Positions 50,085 through 62,947 of a stretch of 64,000 nt of DNA are shown one piece after another. The translations under genes and the position numbers were made by a program. Origin of the DNA: Laetmonice hystrix (taxonomy: Eukaryota); NCBI GenBank assembly GCA_965235115.1, contig OZ249438.1, forward strand, positions 9,734,001 through 9,798,000, written 5' to 3'. A model generated the notes under the pieces. It saw nothing but the letters and a program-made list of their open reading frames with translations. It searched no databases and had not been told where the DNA came from. Position 1 is the stretch's first letter. Every line of letters starts with the position of its first letter.

Positions 50085-50640
50085 GCTCTGGAAGGCCCGG
50101 TCAGGAACTCTCAGTCCTCTCTGGAAGGCCTGGTCAGGAACTCTCAGTCCTCTGGAAGGCCTGGTCAAGGTCTCTCAGTCCTCTGGAAGGCCTGGTCAGG
50201 AACTCTCAGTCCTCTGGAAGGCCTGGTCAAGGTCTCTCAGTCCTCTGGAAGGCCTGGTCAGGAACTCCCAGTCCTCTGGAAGGCCTGGTCAGGAACTCTC
50301 AGTCCTCTCTGGAAGGCCTGGTCAGGAACTCCCAGTTCTCTCTGGAAGGCCTGGGCAAGAACTCCTAGTTCTCTCTGGAAGGCCTGGCCAAGAACTCCCA
50401 GTTCTCTCTGGAAGGCCTGGCCAAGAACTCCCAGTTTTCTCTGGAAGGCCTGGGGAAGAACTCGCAGTACTCTCTGGAAGGCCTGGGCAAGAACTCCTAG
50501 TTTTCCCTGGAAGGCCCGGGGAAGACCTCCTAGTTCTCTTTGGAAAGCCCGAGGAAGTACTTCTAGTTCTCTTGAAGGCCTGGGGAAGAAGTTACATTCC
50601 GGGAGACCTTGTGAAGAAGTCCCAGTTCTCCATGATAGAA
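50085..50640. repeat. 28-30-bp minisatellite decaying 3'
   Basis: ctctggaaggcctggtcaggaactctcagtc. Confidence 0.9.
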
Positions 50641-50745
50641 CTTCCAGTTCTCCGTGGGAGAACTTTCAGTTCTGCCAGGAACACCTGGGCAGGTCCCTGT
50701 TGCTGACATCGTGCCATGGGGTCGCTATCAGATGATAGAGACCTG

Positions 50746-50937
50746 TATCAGAGATGTCACCTGTATCAGGTGACGGTAGTGGGAGGCTGGAGAGATCAGA
50801 GATGTCACCTGTATCAGGTGACGGTAGTGGGAGGCTGGAGAGATCAGAGATGTCACCTGTATCAGGTGACGGTAGTGGGAGGCTGGAGAGATCAGAGATG
50901 TCACCTGTATCAGGTGACGGTAGTGGGAGGCTGGAGG
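50746..50937. repeat. 48-bp tandem repeat x4
   Basis: tcagagatgtcacctgtatcaggtgacggtagtgggaggctggagaga. Confidence 0.95.
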
Positions 50938-51494
50938 CAGGGAGAGATGAGGAGGCGGAGGTAGCCTCCTCCAGGGCCTCCTCCATCAGCCCCGCCCGGA
51001 GGGTCGGGTGAGGATGGATGGGGCCGGGCCTCGGTCGCTATCAATCAGGGGGGTCACGTATCGCTCGCCGACCCCTGGGCTCTGGGTCAGTATAACTCCT
51101 GTAATATTCTGCCCTGGGTCAGCCTAACTCCTGCAATAATCTGCAATGTAGAGCAGACGTTACGCTGCCCTGGGACATTGTAGAACAGACGTTAATATGC
51201 CCTGGTACATTGTAGACAGGCGTTACTCTGCCATTACTATGCCCTGACACATTGAAGAGTAAGAATCAATCTATTATTACTCTATATTTAGACCCCACAT
51301 CATTTTCCTGTTATTTCTGAGCTTGAGACAATGTTGCACTTTATTACTCTATCTGGGATATTAGATCTACCCTTACTAGGTTTTACAATGCCAATATTCC
51401 TGTATAATTCATCTAATCACGTATATTACATGATATACAAGTAGTATTAGATGTCTAGAAGTTGACCTGACTGTGTAAGGTCATGTTTTCACAG

Positions 51495-51782
51495 AGCTGC
51501 TCAAGTTCAGACCGACGCCCGTCAACACCAAACTGGAGCTGGGCTCCACCTCCAAGATCCACTGTAAGGCGGAGGGCCAGGCCGTACCGACCATTCGCTG
51601 GTTACCGGGCGGGGGTGGAGGGAACGGTGCAGGTCAAGTCGGAGACTTCCCGTCTCACATCCAGGACGTGGCTGGTGTACTCATCTTTAGCGGGGTCCGA
51701 CATACGGACGCCGGGTACTTCACCTGTGTGGCGTCCAGTAGCCAGGGCCTCATCAACGCCACAATCTACGTCGAGGTGGTCG
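51495..51782 (+). CDS. PTK7: PTK7-like exon D (complete Ig6)
   Basis: ttttcacag|AG acceptor, gtcg|gtgagt donor; 288 nt (phase 1 to 1). Encodes (K)LLKFRPTPVNTKLELGSTSKIHCKAEGQAVPTIRWLPGGGGGNGAGQVGDFPSHIQDVAGVLIFSGVRHTDAGYFTCVASSSQGLINATIYVEVV; resembles human PTK7 Ig6 as recalled (KLKFTPPP...PTIKW...DNAGTLHF...DAGNYTCIASN). Confidence 0.92.
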
Positions 51783-51929
51783 GTGAGTGGATATTGTGCT
51801 GACAGAGGGGGGGGGGGTGGCAAAAGTCAAATTTAAGTTTTATGGTGGACCCTTAAAAAATTGTGTGTGTGGGGGGGGGGGGGTGTTGCCCTACCCCTAT
51901 TCCAACCTAACTGACCCGGTATATCCCCT

Positions 51930-52115
51930 GTTATAACTTCAATCCCACGAAATTTTGTCGGAAGTAAAGCTCCATAGCCCTGACCTTATCCCTAACTCCT
52001 AACCTGGTCCCTACACCCCCCAAAGACATAATATCCCTATCCCTATCCCTGACCTTAACCCGAACCCTTACCCAAAGGTTTGGTCTGGGACTGGAAGTTA
52101 CCATGGCGGAATAAC
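51930..52115. mobile_element. dispersed non-autonomous element, copy 2 (MITE or Helentron-HINE-like)
   Basis: homologous to 36200-36365; short imperfect inverted ends ataacttcaatccc / gggactggaagttac; internal ccctaac/ccctat low-complexity tract. Confidence 0.6.
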
Positions 52116-52277
52116 CACTGACCATACATACCGTACCGAACGTGGTTTAAGCCATGTGGGTCCCTCATCATTTCACATGGGCCCTCCTCTCTGCCACACC
52201 TGGGGCCCTAACCTCCGAAACTACATTGGCCTGTCCCTCCGTTCAATCCAGCTAGGCCCCTTCCTCCATCAAAGATC

Positions 52278-52762
52278 AAGTTTTAACGACTATATTTGAT
52301 TAATTAATCATGATGTCATTACATGAACCGCTCCTCCTCTCTCCGACAGTCAAACCCAAGTTTTAACGTCTATGTTTGATTAAGTAATCATGATGTCATT
52401 ACATGAACCGTCCCTCCTCTCTCCGACAGTCAAACCCAAGTTTTAACGTCTATGTTTGATTAAGTAATCATGATGTCATTACATGAACCGTCCCTCCACT
52501 CTCCGACAGTCAAACCCAAGTTTTAACGTCTATGTTTGATTAAGTAATCATGATGTCATTACATGAACCGTCCCTCCTCTCTCCGACAGTCAAACCCAAG
52601 TTTTAACGTCTATGTTTGATTAAGTAATCATGATGTCATTACATGAACCGTCCCTCCTCTCTCCGACAGTCAAACCCAAGTTTTAACGTCTATGTTTGAT
52701 TAAGTAATCATGATGTCATTACATGAACCGTCCCTCCTCTTTCCGACAGTCAAACCCAAGTT
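52278..52762 (+). repeat. 80-bp array x6 spanning the acceptor of exon E
   Basis: ...acatgaaccgtccctcctctctccgacag|tcaaacccaagtt; AG ends at 52349, 52429, 52509, 52589, 52669 and 52749 (real). Confidence 0.96.
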
Positions 52763-52901
52763 CAAGGTGAAACCAGCCAACACGACGGCGTATGAAGGCT
52801 ATCCCATCATGCTTCACTGTGTGGCTACAGGAGATCCCACCCCGACCATTCAATGGGACAAGAACAGTAAAGTGAACTCCTTCGACAAGTCCAGGTTCAA
52901 G
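52750..52901 (+). CDS. PTK7: PTK7-like exon E (first half of Ig7)
   Basis: ccgacag|TC acceptor, aag|gtaaga donor; 152 nt (phase 1 to 0). Encodes (V)KPKFKVKPANTTAYEGYPIMLHCVATGDPTPTIQWDKNSKVNSFDKSRFK; resembles human FKVEPERTTVYQG...LQCEAQGDPKPLIQW. Confidence 0.92.
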
Positions 52902-55349
52902 GTAAGAGAATCGTATGTTGGTGTAATCTGACCCATGGTGTTTATTTAGACCATTGTCCGTGTAGCTTTCCGTGGTCTATAGTTCTTGGTTTCTCCAGTT
53001 TATTCATGACAATTCCTGCGGAATGATAACTTTGCAGGGAAAGGACGCAGCGTTCACGGAGCAACATTTTGGTGATTGTTAGGACCATAAAAACAGGTTT
53101 TAGCGTCAAAGCGCCGTGGCTTGTTTTAAATGTGGTAATTGTGTTCGTTAGTGAAAACCGAACACACATTTTCTAACTCGAATGTAATAAAAGAACATTT
53201 TGGGAATAGAGTCAAAATGGCGCTATCAGATGCAAAACAAGCTTTTTGAAAAAAAGATGCGCTTGGTTTGAAGCTGCGATAACTAATGGATGTGTCACAT
53301 GCATCATGTTGTCACCTTGGCTAAAAGTGTCATCCCCCTCCGACTCCCCCCTCCGGGACTGTTTCCTGCCTCGTGTCCAGCCTCCCAACCTTTGCCTGCA
53401 TGCATTGAGGTGACGCCTGTAAGGGACCAGGTCCTGTGACCTTCACTGGAGGTCAGATCCAACACGCGAGCCTGTCTGATCACGACCTCACGGCTCGGAG
53501 GTCGCGACCCGAGGGGTTAATCATCCCCAACCACCACCACAACCATCACATGATTCAAGGTTTGGTTGGTGGCTGGTACTAGTGCCCCCCCCCCCTCCAC
53601 TTCACCTGGAAACACATATTGGGAAACGCTCTCACTGGGGGCCCTCTACAACCCACCTGGGGGTTATACATTTCATCTGGGGGCATTCTACACCTCGTCT
53701 AAGGGCTCTCTGTACCTCAACCGGTAATGTACCTATGGAGGTATGTTCACCAGACCAAAGGACATCCAGGGGACTCCTTGCCATCAGGAACCCCTTCCTG
53801 AAAGAACCTCGTGTGGCACCTTGGCGGGCCGCTTTGATACAGTGTTAAACAGGACATTACACAGTCCCAAACGATTTTGGATTCCGACCAAAAAAAAATT
53901 GTAGAAAATGAGAAAGCTGCCAAATGCCCGCGGTGGTTATAGAGTTTGTGGGTTTAACAGTCCAACTTGTGCTCTGCCTCTAGGCAAGACCAACAATGTC
54001 ATGGCAGCCTCTCCCTTGGCTCCTTCCTATGTCCTTCCCAAAAAGTGTCACTAGAAACACTTTGAAAAATGGAGAAAAAAACAGTACAGAAGCTTTAATT
54101 TATTATTTAAACAGAGGACTTTATTCAAGGACATTTTATCATGTACATCCTGCCGCGCTACAGGAGAGTATAGAGGACAGATCAAGAAAATCAGGATCGA
54201 GGTAGTTCAGCTGACTTTTACTTTTACCAGCAAATTTCGAAACTCGGACAGTTATTCGGAGTGTACTAGTTTAGCTGGCAAAGAAATGGGCTGCACCTTG
54301 AAGGCCATAAAGGTTAATTAACCGTGGTGATCCTGCATTTGTTTTGAAACTGTTTAGTGACACCTTTTGGGGAAACATACTGTCGAGTATGACGCACATG
54401 ACACAGTTCACATTGGGAAAACATATGGAAAACTCCGACATAAAACGGACAAAAAACAAGAGTAACCAAGGGATAACGTTGGAAACACAATGTGTGACAG
54501 GAAAGCCATGAGAGAGAAAACACAATCATCTAACACTAGGATAACACTGGTAACACCTCGACAACTGGCACGGCACAGGGAACAAAGGGTTGATCCCACG
54601 CGGGAGTCATTCCGGTAAACCCCTTGAACCACCGTCCGCCCCTCCTGTCTCCAGGGGGGACAGGGAGACGGGCAGGGATATCGGCGAGCTGGGATCCAGT
54701 ATAGATCCTGTGAGATTGAGGGTAGATCCAGCAGCTGGGACGCTGGCCTGGCCGTGGTGACTTGGACAGATACGTATAATTCCTGCACTCCGCGCCGGTT
54801 TAAAGTTTTCACACGACGGTGGAGGCTGACAGGACTGGGGGAGACGTTGACAGTTTGTGTCCGTGAGTCAGCGCTGTGGGTTGATGTCGGGAAACGCTTG
54901 GAGGAAACACAGCTTTCTACTCCCGAGAAATCACGTTACAGGGCACTTTGAAGGAAACGCAGCTCTTTGAGAAGCCACGTCATAATTCACGACGTCACAG
55001 TCAGTGTGGTGGGAGAGGGGAGAGAGACAGGAAGGAAACACACTCCCTGATGTTAGAGAAACCAAGGAAACACTGTCGTCTGCCTCCAAAGAAATCACGT
55101 CACAGTCATTAGACAGACATGACATATCGGGCCCAATTAGCGAGCGGGATTAGAACGCTGAAAGCTGGATTATTAGACGGCAGAAGTAGAGCTTACTCGG
55201 CGAGATAATAATTATTAGACGGCCCGGGGGTCTTTCATCGTACACTGGCCATCAAACGAGTGGCATCTTTACATGGATTCAGCCTGGAGCATAGAGTAAT
55301 GAAGTAATGTATGAGTGACTGTAGGCCTATAGATAAACCCCTCCCTGGT

Positions 55350-56020
55350 GTCAGACTGACTGTGATATCAGACTGACCGTGATATCAAACTGACCGTCAT
55401 AATCAAACCACCGTCATATCAGACTGACTGTGATATATCAGACTCACAGTCACGGTGGCCAGTCCATTAACAGACTAACACTGATATCAGACTTCATACA
55501 ATATCAAACTGACTGTCATATAGGCCTAAAACTGCCGGTCATAACAAACTGACTGTGATATCAAATTGACTGTGGCCAGTCCATTTATAGAGCAACCCTG
55601 ATACCAGACTGCATATGCCATCGAACTGACTATTATATCAAACTGAATGTGATATCAGACTGACTTATATCAGACTGACTGTTACCCAGTCCATTTATAG
55701 ACCAACCCTGATATAAACTGTCTATGATATCAAACTGACAAATATCAAACTGAATGCGATATCAGACTGACTGATATCAGACTGATTGATATCAAACTGA
55801 CACTGTTATACCCAGTCCATTTAAAGACCAACCTTGATAGAACAAGATTACAAGATAGACCAAGACTGACTGTGATGTCGTGATATCAGACTGATGATGT
55901 AGTCCCAGTATAGACCGACCTTTCCGTGATATCAAACTGACTGTGATATCAAACTGTGATACCGTGATATCAAAGTGACTGATATCAAACTGTGATACCG
56001 TGATCTCAGACTGACGGTAT
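55350..56020. repeat. degenerate gatatcagactgact array
   Basis: many dispersed tatca(g/a)actgac motifs. Confidence 0.75.
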
Positions 56021-56981
56021 AGACCGAGTCCCTCTCCCCGACGTCTGGGCGCCCGCCGGAGATGCTAGGCCGCCATTGTTTGACTTTAGATGATGGATGA
56101 CCCAGCAGCAGTTTGTGATTCATCCCCCATTGAAGTTAAAGACGGTTTACGGATCCTTACGTGGTTCAGCGAACATGAACTCAGAGAACAGTTCTATTAG
56201 CCAGCTAATGACTCCAGGCCATTAGCCGTGTTCCTTGCCACAACTGAAACATTATATGTGAGCGCTATGATAATTGAAGGACTGATTTACTGGAGCAAAA
56301 TATCGCATTTATATTCATCAGTGTCACTAGTGCTGGCATGAAGGAAAGTGGCGTTTTTACATGCGAATTCATCAGGAATCCGTCAACCTAAACTATAGCT
56401 CAGAGCTTTCAGAGGAGCCGATCTGGGATGTAAACATGAGCCCCACTGAGATGTTTGATTGCAGTTTTAAAACATAACATTGCTGAGTTGTAGTCCATCA
56501 CCACCAATCATTCAGCAGAGATTGAAAGTTTCTCGGTTTTTCATCTGAGTTGGAAAGATTTAGTGCCGCCCGCTTGAGTATGGGTGGCTTTAAAAGGGTT
56601 CAACAGCAGATAAAGTCTGTTCAGCAAGTTCATGTCGCGAAATCAGTTTGGGGACAATTTATGGGGGTGTTGTAGGCGACTTTTATCATACTTGGTCGCG
56701 CTTGACTTGGCCACATGCTTTCAATCTTTCACATAATCATTTTTGTGAATTCAGGCGGAGTTGAAATGAAGATGCACAATGGGCCGGTGCTAGGCCCAGC
56801 GTGGCCCAGGGCCGGCCACCCGTCACGCGGCCCTGGGCCGGCCATCCGTCATCGGCCTTCACGGTCGAGGACGTGTGTTCTTCACCTCCTGGGTGGGCCA
56901 GTGGGTGGGTGGGTGGGTGGGGGCGGCAGATACAGGAGGACACCCTCCTGCTCTTCTTTTACCTCCTGCTCATCCTCTTCT

Positions 56982-57050
56982 CCTCCTCCTCCTCCCCCTC
57001 CTCCTCCTCCTCCTCCTCCTCCTCCTCCTCCTCCTCTTCCTCCTCCTCTT
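56982..57050. repeat. (CCT)n microsatellite
   Basis: imperfect cct run. Confidence 0.95.
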
Positions 57051-57734
57051 TCTCCAGGGAGGTTGGCAAGGTTCAGACTACTCCATGTCAGGGAGATTGG
57101 AAAAGCTGAGACTAATTCGTGTCAGGGAGATTGGCAAGGCTCAGGCTACTGAACTTTCGAAGAACTCGAACCACTTTATGTCAGGGGGATTAGCAAAGTT
57201 CAAATTGTTTTATGTCAGAGAGTTTGGAAGAGTTCGGACTGGTTTATTTCAGTTTATTTAGTTTGGAAAACACATTCTTTAGCAAAAACGGGAGAACGCC
57301 AGTCATTAAATTTGTCGAGACCTATTTTGTCTTTCTACCTTCAGTTGTATCCCTCACAGCAGTTTGCCACGTCATGCCTAGATGACAAAACTTTGCCACA
57401 TCTCTATCAGATGATTGACATTTTTTTGTTTTTACTCGTTCATATTTCACAGCAGTCTGTGCTAGCGGTTATGAAGCATGAAGCGGTAATCCGATAAAAA
57501 CCATATCGAATAGTTGTCCCTCCCTGGGGGAACGTGTGCTTTGTGGATAATACATCTTCCGCCTGATTGTCCACTTGAAGAGGAAATGGAAGATCAAATT
57601 ATGGAAATCTATTGCCTTTGAGTATCTTCAATTAGAGAGCTGGACGGTTGGAGACCTGTGTAATGTCGCACTGATTGATTCTCAACCGTCCGTCCCTGAT
57701 TCACAGCCTCCAGCGGCTGCGAGTCCCGGCGTTA

Positions 57735-58516
57735 GGGTACTGATCGTTGGAGACGTGGGTTTAGACCAGATAACCGGGCATAGGGCGCAGTCTGAGTGCG
57801 GGTACTGATCGTGGGAGACGTGGGTTTAGACCAGATAACCGGGCACAGGGCGCAGTCTGAGTGCGGGTACTGATCGTTGGAGACGTGGGTTTAGACCAGA
57901 TAACCGGGCATAGGGCGCAGTCTGAGTGCGGGTACTTATCGTTGGGGACGTGGGTTTAGACCAGATAACCGGGCACAAGGCGCAGTCTGAGTACGGGTAC
58001 TGATCGTTGGAGACGTGGGTTTAGACCAGATAACTGGGCACAGGGCGCAGTCTGAGTACGGGTACTGATCGTTGGGGACGTGGGTTTAGACCAGATAACT
58101 GGGCACAGGGCGCAGTCTGAGTGCGGGTACTGATCGTTGGAGACGTGGGTTTAGACCAGATAACTGGGCACAGGGCGCAGTCTGAGTGCGGGTACTGATC
58201 GTTGGAGACGTGGGTTTAGACCAGATAACCGGGCACAGGGCGCAGTCTGAGTGCGGGTACTGGTCGTTGGAGACGTGGGTTTAGACCAGATAACCGGGCA
58301 CAGGGCGCAGTCTGAGTGTGGGTACTGGTCGTTGGAGACGTGGGTTTAGACCAGATAACTGGGCACAGGGCGCAGTCTGAGTGCGGGTACTGATCGTTGG
58401 AGACGTGGGTTTAGACCAGATAACCGGGCACAGGGCGCAGTCTGAGTGTGGGTACTGGTCGTTGGAGACGTGGGTTTAGACCAGATAACCGGGCACAGGG
58501 CGCAGTCTGAGTACGG
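57735..58516. repeat. 65-bp minisatellite x12
   Basis: gggtactgatcgttggagacgtgggtttagaccagataaccgggcacagggcgcagtctgagtgc. Confidence 0.96.
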
Positions 58517-58609
58517 GTTGGTTGTGGATGAGAGCTGTAGGTGTAGAAAACATCGGAGCGAGGTGTCTTCCCGATATAACTAGTCAGCCTCCGTGGCGGG
58601 GTGTGATCC

Positions 58610-58820
58610 AGGTTAGAGTGTGCATGGACGGGGTGTGACCCCCCTCCAGGTCGGGGTGTACATGGACGGGGTGTTACCCCCCCCCCCTCTAGCCCAGGTC
58701 GGGGTGTACATGGACGGGGTGTGACCCCCCCCCCTCCAAGTCTCCAGGTTAGAGTGTCCATGGACGGGGTGTGACCCCCCTTCCAGGTTAGAGTGTCCAT
58801 GGACGGGGTGTGACCCCCTT
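58610..58820. repeat. ~35-40-bp degenerate repeat
   Basis: ccaggttagagtgtccatggacggggtgtgaccccc. Confidence 0.8.
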
Positions 58821-59304
58821 ATATTTACTATAACAGTCGGGTGTCCTCACTGTTGTCTTAGATCCAATGGATGATGGCGCTGAGTACCATTAGTGTGGTG
58901 ATCAGTCATGAGCCAGGATCAAACCGTTACCGATGACCGCCCGCCCTCACACAGCGAACGACTGATCAGTAGGACAGGCACGGTCACCCACACAAATAGC
59001 TTCTCACCCGACGCCTCTAACGTTAAGTCAGGTTAGATTAGGGGCAATATTAGGCCCGCCAGCAGGGGTTTAACTGCAGATATCCCCGGGACAGTCAGTG
59101 GTAGAGATTATCACCTGCAGTTCTATTTAAAGTGATTAGGTTATTGTAATGGTCCATTTTATTGTTGCGGCCAATCAGGGCGTAATCTGGCTGAAATCAG
59201 TATGTTATTGTGTAGAGGTCAGTGCCCAGCGTGTGGGATTTGAGAATGGGATTACGGGTTTGTGGATGTGATATTTCATCATATGAGGACCCCCCATCAA
59301 CTAA

Positions 59305-60045
59305 ACCTGACTGGTCAGCTAACACAACCTGACTGGTCAGCTAACACAACCTGACTGGTCAGCTAACACAACCTGACTGGTCAGCTAACACAACCTCACT
59401 GGTCAGCTAACACAACCTCACTGGTCAGCTAACACAACCTCACTGGTCAGCTAACACAACCTCACTGGTCAGCTAACACAACCTCACTGGTCAGCTAACA
59501 CAGCCTCACTGGTCAGCTAACACAACCTCACTGGTCAGCTAACACAACCTCACTGGTCAGCTAACACAACCTCACTGGTCAGCTAACACAACCTCACTGG
59601 TCAGCTAACACAGCCTCACTGGTCAGCTAACACAGCCTCACTGGTCAGCTAACACAGCCTCACTGGTCAGCTAACACAACCTCACTGGTCAGCTAACACA
59701 GCCTCACTGGTCAGCTAACACAGCCTCACTGGTCAGCTAACACAACCTCACTGGTCAGCTAACACAACCTCACTGGTCAGCTAACACAACCTCACTGGTC
59801 AGCTAACACAACCTCACTGGTCAGCTAACACAACCTCACTGGTCAGCTAACACAGCCTCACTGGTCAGCTAACACAGCCTCACTGGTCAGCTAACACAAC
59901 CTCACTGGTCAGCTAACACAACCTCACTGGTCAGCTAACACAACCTCACTGGTCAGCTAACACAACCTCACTGGTCAGCTAACACAACCTCACTGGTCAG
60001 CTAACACAACCTCACTGGTCAGCTAACACAACCTCCCTGGTCAGC
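59305..60045. repeat. 22-bp minisatellite, ~33 copies
   Basis: ctggtcagctaacacaacctca. Confidence 0.97.
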
Positions 60046-60639
60046 ACCATTTTGCTACCTCTCAGGGTGTCCCACCCTCAGTTTCATGGTAATGTGTGAA
60101 AACTAAAACCCCACATCTTTGCATGATGCTTTGATTTTCATCTCATATACCATAATGAACAAAGGTCCCCAACATGAGTTGAAAGACACAGAGCGCTGGT
60201 GGCTGGCGGTACGACATGCCGTTGACGAGCCACTGACGACAAACGGCCCTTTTGGTGGTCCGTAGATAACGGATGGGTTATTTCTATGATGTCGACATAT
60301 GAGGGTGGACTGGCAAATCTGAGCGCCACACAAAGGTGACCTTGTGGGGCGGGAGGCGCGGCATTTTGTCTGAGCAACAGTTGTCTGTGATCAGCAGAGG
60401 CTGAGTCAGAACCCCCCTACCCCCACCCCAGTGGACCCCCACCCAGTGGACCCCCACCCAGTGGACCCCCACCCAGTGGACCCCCACCCAGTGGACCCCC
60501 ACCCACCCCCACCTCACCCACTCCTCTCTCCGCACTGTGAAGGCAACACGTTGATGCTCACCCAGATATGTGCATATCCTTCCATCAGCAACCACCATCA
60601 ATATCGATGGCAAAACATGTTGGCCCAGTTTGGCGGCTT

Positions 60640-60672
<33 letters not shown>

Positions 60673-61184
60673 CGTTCCTAATAAGGCCAGCGCCAACTGT
60701 AAGCGCACATCGATCACACAGGTCGGTCACCTCCACTAAACTCAGCCAGCGATCAAACAGGGCCAATCGAGAGTCTGAAAATGACGAAAAGTGGAATGAA
60801 GCCGGACATCGGGACCTCATGATGCCTTTATCGTGTTACCTATAACACATGAGCCCGTTCATAGCAAGTCTGTTTTATAACATGTGTAAAACTTGAGGTG
60901 GCATTAAAGGTTTCGTAATATCTCCCTCTCCCCATATATACGGTTAACTTCTCCAGCAGGTAATTGGCCTGCCCTGAGAGGGACATTTACGATATCGCGA
61001 TAACTTTATACGGTAACGTTCCGCTGGATGCACAAGTCAAAGTGGTAATGGCTGATGTAAGTTATGGCGGTCTGAAGTCATCAAGTGTGGGTGACACTGA
61101 GTGTGGCAGTGAGAAATCCACAGCAGTGACGGCCCTTTGGGGACGCCACGTAGCTTGGAGGCCTTGTGTGCGCAGTCACTGAGC

Positions 61185-62947
61185 TTTACCCGGTGTGGCC
61201 AGTCACTGAGCCTTGCCTGGGGTGGCCAGTCACTGAGCCTTGCCCGGTGTGGCCAGTCACTGAGCCTTGCCCGGTGTGGCCAGTCACTCAGCCTTGCCCG
61301 GTGTGGCCAGTCACTGAGCCCTGCCCGGTGTGGCCAGTCACTCAGCCTTGCCCGGTGTGGCCAGTCACTCAGCCTTGCCCGGTGTGGCCAGTCACTCAGC
61401 CTTGCCCGGTGTGGCCAGTCACTGAGCCTTGCCCGGTGTGGCCAGTCACTGAGCCTTGCCCGGTGTGGCCAGTCACTAAGCCTTGCCCGGTGTGGCCAGT
61501 CACTGAGCCTTGCCCGGTGTGGCCAGTCACTGAGCCTTGCCCGGTGTGGCCAGTCACTGAGCCTTGCCCGGTGTGACCAGTCACTGAGCCTTGCCCGGTG
61601 TGGCCAGTCACTGAGCCTTGCCCGGTGTGACCAGTCACTGAGCCTTGCCCGGTGTGGCCAGTCACTGAGCCTTGCCCGGTGTGACCAGTCACTGAGCCTT
61701 GCCCGGTGTGGCCAGTCAGTGAGCCTTGCCCGGTGTGGGCAGCCACTGAGCCTTGCCCGGTGTGACCAGTCACTCAGCCCTGCCCGGTGTGACCAGTCAC
61801 TCAGCCTTGCCCGGTGTGGGCAGCCACTGAGCCTTGCCCGGTGTGGCCAGTCACTCAGCCCTGCCCGGTGTGGCCCACTCAGCCTTGCCCGGTGTGGCCA
61901 GTCACTCAGCCTTGCCCGGTGTGGCCAGTCACTCAGCCTTGCCCGGTGTGGGCAGTCAGTGAGCCTTGCCCGGTGTGGCCAGTCACTCAGCCCTGCCCGG
62001 TGTGGCCAGTCACTCAGCCTTGCCCGGTGTGGCCAGTCAGTGAGCCTTGCCCGGTGTGGCCAGTCACTCAGCCTTGCCCGGTGTGGCCAGTTACTGAGCC
62101 TTGCCCGGTGTGGCCAGTCACTCAGCCTTGCCCGGTGTGGCCAGTTACTGAGCCTTGCCCGGTGTGGCCAGTCACTCAGCCTTGCCCGGTGTGGCCAGTC
62201 ACCGAGCCTTGCCCGGTGTGACCAGTCACTCAGCCTTGCCCGGTGTGGCCAGTCACTCAGCCTTGCCCGGTGTGGCCAGTCATTGAGCCTTGCCCGGTGT
62301 GGGCAGCCACTGAGCCTTGCCCGGTGTGACCAGTCACTCAGCCTTGCCCGGTGTGGCCAGTCACTCAGCCTTGCCCGGTGTGGCCAGTCACTGAGCCTTG
62401 CCCGGTGTGGCCAGTCAGTGAGCCTTGCCCGGTGTGGGCAGCCACTGAGCCTTGCCCGGTGTGACCAGTCACTCAGCCTTGCCCGGTGTGGCCAGTCACT
62501 GAGCCTTGCCCGGTGTGGCCAGTCACTCAGCCTTGCCCGGTGTGGCCAGTCACTGAGCCTTGCCCGGTGTGGCCAGTCACTCAGCCTTGCCCGGTGTGGC
62601 CAGTCACTCAGCCTTGCCCGGTGTGGGCAGTCAGTGAGCCTTGCCCGGTGTGGCCAGTCACTCAGCCCTGCCCGGTGTGGCCAGTCACTCAGCCTTGCCC
62701 GGTGTGGCCAGTCAGTGAGCCTTGCCCGGTGTGGCCAGTCACTCAGCCTTGCCCGGTGTGGCCAGTTACTGAGCCTTGCCCGGTGTGGCCAGTCACTCAG
62801 CCTTGCCCGGTGTGGCCAGTTACTGAGCCTTGCCCGGTGTGGCCAGTCACTCAGCCTTGCCCGGTGTGGCCAGTCACTGAGCCTTGCCCGGTGTGGCCCA
62901 CTGAGCCTTGCCTGGTGTGACCAGTCGCTCAGCCTTGCCCGGTGTGG
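61185..62947. repeat. 27-bp minisatellite, ~65 copies, with 675-bp higher-order repeat
   Basis: gcccggtgtggccagtcactgagcctt. Confidence 0.97.
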
